Shown in pieces: positions 1 through 7,599 of a stretch of 9,918 bases of DNA; position 1 is the first letter of the stretch, and every line of letters starts with the position of its first letter. The notes under the pieces are model-generated. The model had not been told where the DNA came from. It searched no databases and worked only from the letters and a program-made list of their open reading frames with translations. The DNA lies in the NCBI RefSeq assembly GCF_006345805.1, contig NW_021827648.1, positions 1 to 9,918 of the forward strand, given 5' to 3'. A program made the translations under genes and the position numbers. This DNA comes from Octopus sinensis. Its lineage: Eukaryota.

Positions 1-163
1 TACTCTTCTACTGTACCCCCGTGTAATTGTGCCTCACTTTCCCCATCCATACTCTTGTTATAAACTCAACCGCAAATTCCGCCATCATTCATTTTAAGTA
101 AGTTACCTTCTTCAAGACGCACTGCCGCCACCATCCATTACCTTCATTCTATCCCTCAGTCAC

Positions 164-187
164 CCAGCCAGCCAGCCAGCCAACCAG
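164..187. repeat. (CCAG)n tetranucleotide microsatellite
   Basis: ccagccagccagccagccaaccag seen directly. Confidence 0.85.
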
Positions 188-316
188 TCACTATTACACA
201 ACCAATACACAGACGGCACATCGACCGCCCTCGCCACTCTCGTCCCTTCTAACACGCCATCATCACCACCAAGAAAAAGAACATGGAAACAAAATAGAAT
301 ATCACCAAATTAAAGT

Positions 317-370
317 TCTTTCTCTCTCTTTCTCTCTGTCTCTGTCTGTCTGTCTGTCTGTCTCTCTCTT
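317..370. repeat. (TC)n/(TCTG)n compound microsatellite
   Basis: tctctctctttctctctgtctctgtctgtctgtctgtctgtctctctc; accounts for the RETDRQTDRDRE stretch of ORF 302..598. Confidence 0.9.
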
Positions 371-631
371 AATCCTTATTATTACCACAACCACTCCTAC
401 CATACCCGACGACTCAGACCAAATTATCGGAAGGTACCAAAAACAAACAAAATATAAACAAAAACCAAACACCAGACCGATAAATAGACACACACCCCCT
501 TTCCGCCCAACTATTCTTCCCTCTTCTCCCAACCAATTCCAAAGATGACAGATTAATATTGCGAAATAAAGAATGCCTCCGGCTAAAGTCTTTTGCACAT
601 TTTCAATATTTTCTCGTTCTATTGATTAAAA

Positions 632-735
632 TGTCTGTCTTTTTCTGTTTGTCTGTTTCTCTGTCTGTCTGTCTGTCAACATAACGGCCAACTGTAACTG
701 CACACAGTGTATGTATTTCTGTCTGTCTATCTGTA
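632..735. repeat. degenerate (TCTG)n microsatellite blocks
   Basis: three interrupted blocks of tgtctgtc; accounts for the DRQTDR stretches of ORF 603..797. Confidence 0.75.
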
Positions 736-900
736 TGTATGATCATATTTATTATTGAGATAGCTTCTATGATGTTTGTTTGCATGGATGTATACATGGC
801 TGTTACTGTCTCTCAGTTTCTCACTCGTACACTCTCATACGCCTCATAAACTATATTTTCTACATGCACAGAGTGTAGCATTTACGTTTGTGAATTCAGA

Positions 901-1356
901 CTGAATGACAGAATTACGAATACCAAACTATTCTCCAAATCCAATATTGGTGGCATTAAATCCTTTCTTTTCCAATCCCAATTAAGATGGATTAGTCATG
1001 TCATCAGAATAAGTAAGAACAAAATTCCAAAAGTCCTTATGTATAGCCAGCTCCATGATGGAATGAGAGGCATAAGAAGACCTTGGCTTGGGTACAAGGA
1101 TTAGGTCAAAGCTAAGCTGAAAATGACAAAGATTCACGCAGAAACATTTGCTTAACTTGCATTGAATCGCAATGAATGGGTGTTAACTTGCTATAAAATC
1201 ACTAATAGCTGTGAATTGGACTGTTCGGGTCATCTTGAATACCCGAAAATAAAGACAAAGTGTCAAAATAAGATGCCAACTGGTTTGTATAAGAATAATT
1301 TCTTATGTCCAATTACTGGACTTGTCAGTAAATCGTTGGCTGGGTTTCTCTGATAG
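901..1356 (+). mobile_element. Decayed 3' end of a non-LTR retrotransposon (RTE-like LINE) ORF: post-RT region plus eroded C-terminal C2H2-like finger
   Basis: Frame +1 from 901 reads LNDRITNTKLFSKSNIGGIKSFLFQSQLRWISHVIRISKNKIPKVLMYSQLHDGMRGIRRPWLGYKD*VKAKLKMTKIHAETFA*LALNRNEWVLTC...NNFLCPITGLVSKSLAGFL**. This follows the recalled RTE-type pattern DRIPNTEVL...QLRWxGHVxRM...RIPKxxLYxxL..GxRxxGRPxLRYKD..K..L...W..LA..R..W. Stops at 1102-1104 and 1153-1155; no frameshift. The listed ORF 1162..1353 is its distal part. Clade is from motif recognition, not a database search. Confidence 0.85.
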
Positions 1357-1401
1357 CTATGTTAAACCCCACCCCGTATATCAAAATCGGCAGGAGAATT
1401 T

Positions 1402-1445
1402 CACACACACACACACACAAGCACACAGACACGCACGCACACACA
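1402..1445. repeat. (CA)n microsatellite
   Basis: (CA)9 followed by degenerate cacagacacgcacgcacacac. Confidence 0.9.
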
Positions 1446-1453
1446 TAGATCGG

Positions 1454-1805
1454 TTAAAGTAGTGAGGAACTTAAACAATTAACCAAGGCTGGACTATGGC
1501 ATATAAATTCATTTAATTCAAATGGATTTAATTACCCTCCATAGTGAACTGCAATGAATATCATTAAAGAGGAGCTTTCTTTCCACTGTCTTCCATACAT
1601 TTCCTCATACATTTCTCCGATGACGGAATACCCAGTTTATGAAATTTTCAATGGATACGATGATCCAATGGCTGGGATATCCCAGAATCAGCTGTCAGAG
1701 ACTATCTCTACTATCTTTACCAGTTTTGTATTATCTTACTATTTTTAGATTGAATTAAACGTATTTCAATGCCATAGTCCTGAATCTGGCTTCCCCACTA
1801 CTTAA
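1454..1805. mobile_element. Putative non-autonomous DNA transposon (MITE-like) with bipartite imperfect TIRs, flanked by TTAA (Kolobok-like signature)
   Basis: Inner arms 1491-1521 (ggactatggcatataaattcatttaattcaa) and 1750-1780 (rc ggactatggcattgaaatacgtttaattcaa) match 27/31. Outer arms ttaaagtagtgaggaa (1454-1469) and rc of 1791-1805 (ttaagtagtggggaa) also match. TTAA at 1454-1457 and 1802-1805. The spacer between outer and inner arms is 11 nt longer on the left. Confidence 0.65.
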
Positions 1806-2590
1806 GCCTCCTGACTAAAAGGTAAGCCACTCAAGGCCAGTTATTTTCGAACAACACTTTCACAATAACCACAACTCCAGTCACTGTTCTAACTGGAATT
1901 TTGGTGAATTACCTATTAGAGCACTCAGAACGCATACCTATCAGTTTGGGTTGCCTTGACGTAAACTCCTCATTTTCATTCTTCCTGAGCGTAAAACCAA
2001 AACACCTGCTTGTTCCCTCACCTATCTTCGTCTTTTGTTTTCTGTAAATTTGAATTATATGTATCAACCCCTCCTCAAAGCATAAGAGCTCCAATACCTA
2101 GTTTCAACAGTTATCACACTTCAGCAACAGTAAAACTATTTCCATACGCAAGTTAATTCGATGGGAGGGGCTAGATATGCCGCCTGCCAACTCAGGAATT
2201 TTCTTACAGAAATGTTTATCGGAGTAGCAGCTCCTTGATGACCTACACCTATGTGCATCAATTAAAACTCTGGAAAAGTGTAGAAATAGGAACAAAGATA
2301 GCACAGTTACTATTCTGCAACAATGTTACTACATTTACAGATAAAAAACAAAGTTACAGACGAGCAATTGAATTAGCGAAAGCAGAGTTTCCTTGCTAAA
2401 ACATCACATTTGTACAGTATAGCTATTTGCTTTATAGCTATCTTCAACTCGTATAGATTCCATATACATATGTGTGTATGTGTGTGTGTGTAAATGTACA
2501 TTGAGCTATGTATGTTGGTAGGTACACAAGTTGCTATACAAATATAATAAAATACATATAAACTTACGTCGTCTTCCTCTCTGTGTCTCT

Positions 2591-2592
<2 letters not shown>

Positions 2593-2647
<55 letters not shown>

Positions 2648-2650
2648 CAC
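2593..2650. repeat. (AC)19(AT)8 compound microsatellite abutting the SINE A1 tail
   Basis: direct. Confidence 0.95.
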
Positions 2651-2881
2651 ATTCTTTTATTCTTTTACTTGTTTCAGTCATTTGACTGCGGGCATGCGGG
2701 AACACGGCGTTTAATCGAAAAATATCGACCTCAAGACTTATTCTTTGTAAGCCTACCATACCCGACGGTCTCTTAGGCTGAACCACTAGGTTATGGGGAC
2801 GTAAACACATCAACATCGGTTGTCAAGCGATGATGGGGGACAGGTAGAGACACACAAATACACACACACACACACACACAT

Positions 2882-2915
<34 letters not shown>

Positions 2916-3081
2916 GACGGACTTCTTTCAGTTTTCGTCTACCAGATCCACTCACAAGGTTTTCGTCGGCCCGAGGATATAGTAGAAGACACTTGCCCAA
3001 GGTACCACGCTGTGAGACTGAACCCGGAATCATATGGTTGGGAAGCAAGTGTGGAAGCAAGTTCTTACCTCACAGCCACTT
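2651..3081 (-). mobile_element. Family A tRNA-derived SINE, copy A1 (near full length, internal (TA)n(TG)n); octopus OK/OR-type, exact family name not assigned
   Basis: Minus strand: A-box-like TGGCTGTGAGG, B-box-like GGTTCAGTC, CORE-like CCTTGGGCAAGT, internal microsatellite ~2861-2915, then a 3' module ending TGACTGAAACAAGTAAAAGAATAAAAGAAT. Colinear with A2 and A3. Has a 10-nt tandem duplication ggaagcaagt (3041-3050/3053-3062). Confidence 0.9.
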
Positions 3082-3114
<33 letters not shown>

Positions 3115-3118
3115 ATCT

Positions 3119-3149
<31 letters not shown>

Positions 3150-3196
3150 GTACATATATGCATCTGTGTGTATACCTATGTACCACACACACATAC

Positions 3197-3242
<46 letters not shown>

Positions 3243-3385
3243 TATATATATTATATATATATATATAATTATATATATGTATGAACTGAGCATGTATTCC
3301 AGTATGTGTATCTATCTATCTATCGCCTTTTTTCTCTCTCTTTCTTTCTCTCTTTCTATCTCTCTCTCTTTCTCTCTATCTATCT
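3082..3385. repeat. (TC)n-(TA)n-(TACA)n-(TA)n-(TCTA/TC)n compound microsatellite
   Basis: direct; source of the YIYI and SLSL stretches in ORFs 2820..3236 and 3034..3459. Confidence 0.95.
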
Positions 3386-3574
3386 ATCAGTATCACTTGT
3401 TGCATTACATGTCTTCCTATAAAATTTCCTCCCCGTCTTCCAATACATCGCTTAAGTAACTCACCGATAATTTAGATTGGTAAATTGATGGGAAGCCATA
3501 CAACGCAATGTGCAATGCAATCAATCGCTACCATCACACAAGTGTAGAGTTCAAGCGTCACCACCTTCACACTG

Positions 3575-3787
3575 AGACCACCACCACCACCACCACCACC
3601 CCACCGCCACGAAAACCAATACCACCACCACCACCATTAACACTACCACCACTGCTGCTATCACCGTTAGTATCAATTCTACTAAATCTACAATCATCAT
3701 CATCATCATCATCATCATGGTCATCATCTTCACCATCCTCCTCCTCCTCCTCCTCCTCATCATCATCAGCAGCAGCATCATCATCAT
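3575..3787. repeat. (ACC)n-(ATC)n-(TCC)n-(ATC/AGC)n trinucleotide compound microsatellite
   Basis: direct; source of the poly-T/P/S, poly-L/I and poly-W/M/R ORFs. Confidence 0.9.
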
Positions 3788-3894
3788 AAACACAACATTA
3801 CTGTCTCCTCGAACACTCATCAAAATTACGAACCACCGGCCCAAATTCCATCAGTACAGTTGCCACGGCCGCGAACATCATCTTCACAATGTAA

Positions 3895-3985
3895 AGCAGG
3901 AGTCTCTACTTGGTCGGCCGACATGCTAGAAATAGCAGCAAAATACTTCTCAAAAGACTGACTTTTCCTTATCTTAAAAGCAAAA
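3895..3985 (+). repeat. Possible fragment of a third octopus interspersed repeat
   Basis: gctagaaatagcagcaaaatacttctcaaa...atcttaaaa resembles a motif I recall from octopus repeats (GCTAGAAATAGCAGCCAAATCTCCCTCAAA...GTCTTAAAA); there is no second copy in the window to confirm it. Confidence 0.3.
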
Positions 3986-3991
3986 TATATT

Positions 3992-4164
3992 GGAGGCGTG
4001 GCTGTGTGGTAAGAAGCTTGCTTCCCAACCATGTTGTTCCGGGTTCAGTCACACTGTGAAGCACCGTGGGCAAGTGTCTTCGACTGTAGCCTCGGGCTGA
4101 CCAAAGCTTTGCGAGTGGATCTGGTAGACGGAAACTGAAAGAAGCCTGTCGTATATATATATAT

Positions 4165-4211
<47 letters not shown>

Positions 4212-4434
4212 TGTATGTATATATATATTCGTATGTGTGTGACTTTGTTTCTGTGTTTTCTCCCCACCATCGCTTCTTGGTGTGTTTATGTTCCCGAATC
4301 TTAGCGGTTCGGCAAAGGAGATCGATAGAATAGGTACTAGGCTTACAAAGAATAAGTCCTGGGGTCAATTTCTTCGACTAAAGGCGGTGTTTCAACATGG
4401 CTACAGTCAAATGACTGAAACGTGTAAAAAAAAA
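3992..4434 (+). mobile_element. Family A tRNA-derived SINE, copy A2 (full length)
   Basis: ggaggcgTGGCTGTGTGGtaagaagcttgcttcccaacc...ccgGGTTCAGTCacac...gggcaagtgtcttc...ggaaactgaaagaagcc, then (TA)n ~4152-4228, then the 3' module ...cttagcggttcggc...tggggtcaatttcttcgactaaaggcggtg...tgactgaaac and an A-rich tail. No convincing TSD. Confidence 0.92.
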
Positions 4435-4507
4435 GGTAAATTACAGCGTGGAAGACACACATTAGTCATTCAGAAGCACATAGAGACTGCTAACTTCATT
4501 TAAACGC

Positions 4508-4714
4508 TTATTATTCTTTTCTACGCTAGGCATTAAGGCCCGAAATTTTTGGGGAGAGGGCTAGTCGATTAGATCGAACCCAGTACGCAACTGCTACTTA
4601 ATTTATCGACCTCGAAAGGATGAAAGGCAAAGTCGACCTCGGCGGAATTTGAACTCTGAACGTAAAGACAGACGAAATACCTCTAAGCACTTCGCCCGAT
4701 GTGCTAAAGTTTCT
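4508..4714 (-). mobile_element. Family B tRNA-derived SINE, copy B1 (lacks ~16 nt of the 5' end; 3' tail type 1)
   Basis: Minus strand: AGAAACTTTAGCAC...B-box-like GAGTTCAAATTCC...GGTCGACTTTGCCTTTCATCCTTTCGAGGTCGATAAATTAAGTA, tail ...CCTAGCGTAGAAAAGAATAATAA. Colinear with B2 over ~150 nt. Confidence 0.9.
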
Positions 4715-4947
4715 TATTTCTTTATTGCCCACAACGGGCTAAACATAGAGGGGACAAACAAAGACAGACAAAGGGATTATGTCGATTGCATCGAACCCAG
4801 TGCGCAACTAGTACTTAATTTATCTACCTCGAAAAGATGAAAGGCAAAGTCGACCATCGCGGAATTTGAACTCAGAACGTAAAGACAGACGAAATATCGC
4901 TAAGCATTTCGCTCGGCGTGCTAACGTTGCTGCCAGATCGTCGCCTT
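4715..4947 (-). mobile_element. Family B tRNA-derived SINE, copy B2 (full length; 3' tail type 2)
   Basis: Minus strand: AAGGCGACGATCTGGCAGCAACGTTAGCAC (A-box-like)...GAGTTCAAATTCC (B-box-like)...GTCGACTTTGCCTTTCATC, tail ...CCCTTTGTCTGTCTTTGTTTGTCCCCTCTATGTTTAGCCCGTTGTGGGCAATAAAGAAATA. Confidence 0.92.
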
Positions 4948-4973
4948 TAAACATTTATTAGTTGGTGTCAATT

Positions 4974-5110
4974 AGGTGGCCAGCTGGCAGAATCGTTGGT
5001 GAACCGTACAAAATGCTTATCAGCATTTCGTCCGTCTTTAGGTCCTGACATCAAATTATATCGTGGTCGACTTTGCCTTTGATCCTTTTGGAGTCGGTAT
5101 AATTAGTAGC
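4974..5110 (+). mobile_element. Family B SINE, copy B3 (older, 3' part lost into an ACC microsatellite)
   Basis: aggtggccagctggcagaatcgtt...aaatgctta...atttcgtccgtcttta...ggtcgactttgcctttgatccttt; about 70% identical to the B2 head and core by manual alignment. Confidence 0.85.
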
Positions 5111-5735
5111 ACCACCAAACCCACCACCACCACCACCACCATCACAACAACCACCACACCACCATGAACAGCAACAACAATAACAACATGTCCATTATCA
5201 ACAATACCACCAACATCTTCGATGTTATTAACCCATGCAACATCACCACCACAAAAACTACCATCACAGCCTCCACATATATACCACCACCACCACCACC
5301 ACCACCACCACCACCACCACCACCACCACAACTACCACAACCACTACCACCACCACCACCCAAGCTCACAACTAACCACTATAGCCATTACCAGAACTAC
5401 TAACATAACAACTGCAAAAACAACAACAACCGCCAGCATTAGCACAACCACCATCACCACCGAAACCACCAGCACTACCACCGGAACCACCAGCACTGGT
5501 ACCACAACCGGCAACATCATCATCATCATTCACCGCCACCACCAACAAAAGCAACAACAATAACAACAACAACACTGTTACCATCACAACATAGCACCAC
5601 GACTACTATCACCAACAGCATCACCACTTTCACCACCACAACCACCACCACAAACAACAACAACATCACCACTTTCATTACCATCACCACCACTACCACC
5701 ACAACCACCATTACCATTCCTACCATCACCGTAAT
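5111..5735. repeat. ~620 bp degenerate (ACC)/(AAC)/(ATC) microsatellite field containing pure (ACC)15 at 5283-5327
   Basis: direct; source of all poly-H/P/T/G/W/V ORFs between 5056 and 5729. Confidence 0.9.
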
Positions 5736-5944
5736 TACCTACATCACAAGAGTTTACCACTTTTTAGTGTAAATATGGCAGCTTTCTCGAGAATGTCCAT
5801 TAATATTTGTGATGCGCCGTTCTAAAAGCTTCACTGTTATAACTGAATACTAAATGCTAACTTAAGCCGTCTGCGATTTCAAAGAGAGGAAAGATGCATT
5901 TCATTTATGTACGTCTACCTATCTATATACGTGTGAAGTTTCTT

Positions 5945-6012
5945 TGTGTGTGTGTGTGTGTGGTGTGTGTGTGTGTGTGTGTGTGTTTGTGTGTACATAC
6001 ACACGCACACAT
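5945..6012. repeat. (TG)n followed by short (CA)n
   Basis: direct. Confidence 0.9.
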
Positions 6013-6092
6013 TGACACATAGCTGTATATAAACATATGTAAATAAGTTATTATAAGTTTCTGTACTGCATATGTTTTATGTAACATACATA

Positions 6093-6096
<4 letters not shown>

Positions 6097-6131
<35 letters not shown>

Positions 6132-6288
6132 ATTATATATATATTATATATATACATATACACATATATATGTGTGGTGTGTATGTGTGTGTTTGTATAT
6201 ATTATATACCATATATATATATATATATACATATATTACTTATTTCACTCATTAGAGTGCGATACAGAACACGCACACACACACACAC

Positions 6289-6319
<31 letters not shown>

Positions 6320-6545
6320 TATATATACCATATACATATACATATACATGTATATATATATGTACATACATATATGCATACATATACATATATATATGCA
6401 TATACATACATATATTTACATATATATATATGTATCAATGTATGTATATGCCTATATGTATGTATATATATATACATACATACATGTACACACACATATA
6501 TATATATACATTGTTGTGTGTGTGTACATATTTTATGTATATGCA
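6097..6545. repeat. (TG)n/(TA)n/(CA)n/(TACA)n mixed alternating purine-pyrimidine field
   Basis: direct; source of the long YIYI/HTHT ORFs 6072..6590, 6098..6700 and 6202..6546. Confidence 0.92.
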
Positions 6546-6633
6546 TATATACAGAGAATGAGACTTATTTGCATTCATTTACTTATGTAAACATCGCCTA
6601 TTTTTACTATCATGTAGGAAATGTCAGTGAAGA

Positions 6634-6700
6634 TACACACACACACACACACACAAACACAGAGACACACACATATACATACACACATACATATATATAA
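6634..6700. repeat. (CA)n/(TA)n microsatellite
   Basis: direct. Confidence 0.9.
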
Positions 6701-6901
6701 TTGAGGAAGGAAACGGAATATTGATATATACATAAATGTCGAACAATGAGAATGTGCGCTCATCACCCCTTTGCGGATAAATTTTTTATTTATGTATTAA
6801 GGTTACCGTTGGTTTCATGTCAGATGGAATATCTTCATATTTTAACAATGTTGTAAGCTGATTACATGGAGGAATGGTGTTCGTCTCCATTTTCAATTAA
6901 A

Positions 6902-6920
6902 ACACACACACACACACACG
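6902..6920. repeat. (CA)n next to the SINE A3 tail
   Basis: direct. Confidence 0.85.
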
Positions 6921-6927
6921 CAATGTA

Positions 6928-7303
6928 TACTCTTTACTCTTTTACTTGTTTCAGTCATTTGACTGTGGCCATGCTGGTGCACCGCCTTTAGTCGAGCGAA
7001 TCGACCCCAGGACTTATTCTTTGTAAGCCTAGTACTTATTCTATCGTTTTATTTTGCCGAACCGCTAAGTTACGGTGACATAAACACACCAGCATCGGTT
7101 GTCAAGCGATGTTGGGGGTGACAAACACAGACACACAAACACACACACACACATATATTATACATATATACTAAGAGCTTCTTTCAGTTTCCGTCTACCA
7201 AATCCACTCACAAGGCTTTGGTCGGTACGAGGCTATAGTAGAAGACACTTGAACCCGGAACCATGTGGTTGGTAAGAAAGCTACTTACCACATAGCCACT
7301 CCT
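6928..7303 (-). mobile_element. Family A SINE, copy A3 (both ends present, 25-nt deletion in the head)
   Basis: Tail tactctttactcttttacttgtttcagtcatttgactg..., short internal (CA)(TA) tract ~7125-7170, head ...ggaaccatgtggttggtaagaaagctacttaccacatagccactcct. Versus A1 it lacks gcccaaggtaccacgctgtgagact between 7250 and 7251. Confidence 0.92.
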
Positions 7304-7359
7304 ATGCCTATGTGCATAAGATCTGTCCAAAATGAAACTAAACTTTTAAACCGGTACAC

Positions 7360-7488
7360 ACATGCGCACAAACACAGACACACAGATACACACACGCACA
7401 CATGTATGTATATGATGCATCATTTGTACACGCGCGCGCACGCGCACACATACACTCACACACACATACACACAGACACACACACTCA
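7360..7488. repeat. (CA)n field with a (CG)-rich core
   Basis: direct; cgcgcgcgcacgcgcacaca at 7431-7450. Confidence 0.85.
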
Positions 7489-7599
7489 ACCATGTATTTG
7501 TTCCCCAGAACAAATTTTACTGCATTCATAAATGTTGCAAAAATTTAAGATTTCCATAGAATACTTGAAATGAATTAAACGGCTTTCAGAATTATGCAA

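Noticed and set aside
382-399. ttaccacaaccactccta resembles the 5' tip of family A on the minus strand, overlapping the 16-mer donor site
   Set aside because: Only ~17 low-complexity A/C-rich nt match and no SINE body follows.
1224-1247. 7-bp hairpin TTCGGGT/ACCCGAA, and similar 6-bp stems near 1877-1898 and 6866-6890
   Set aside because: Short stems of this kind are expected by chance; no terminator or ncRNA context.
1530-1625. Minus-strand text (MYGRQWKE..IAVHY) faintly like a Merlin/IS1595 transposase C-terminus
   Set aside because: It needs several frameshifts, there is no 8-9 bp TSD, and the TTAA-flanked outer arms fit another superfamily better.
1672-1685. Perfect 14-bp palindrome CTGGGATATCCCAG and neighbouring 5-bp stems inside the TIR element
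   Set aside because: Roughly 0.4 such palindromes are expected by chance in ~6 kb of unique sequence (4^-7 per position); no independent support.
1749-1826. Possible exon between a tttttag acceptor (1748) and an AG/GTAAGC donor (1821/1822)
   Set aside because: All three frames contain stops and it overlaps the right TIR.
1781-2370. Adjacent minus-strand ORFs 2104..2304 and 1909..2094 as a broken gene
   Set aside because: No recognisable motif; lengths of 61-66 aa are within chance expectation. A BLASTX would settle it.
4508-5110. Repeated ~150-nt blocks as a CRISPR array, tRNA cluster or operon-like system
   Set aside because: They are diverged SINE copies with A/B boxes and tails; there are no short identical repeats with unique spacers, no complete cloverleaf and no cas-like ORFs.
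7571-7588. 16/18 match to 1751-1768 (tgaattaaacg..tttca), part of the right TIR
   Set aside because: AT-rich, does not extend in either direction and has no partner arm; likely chance.
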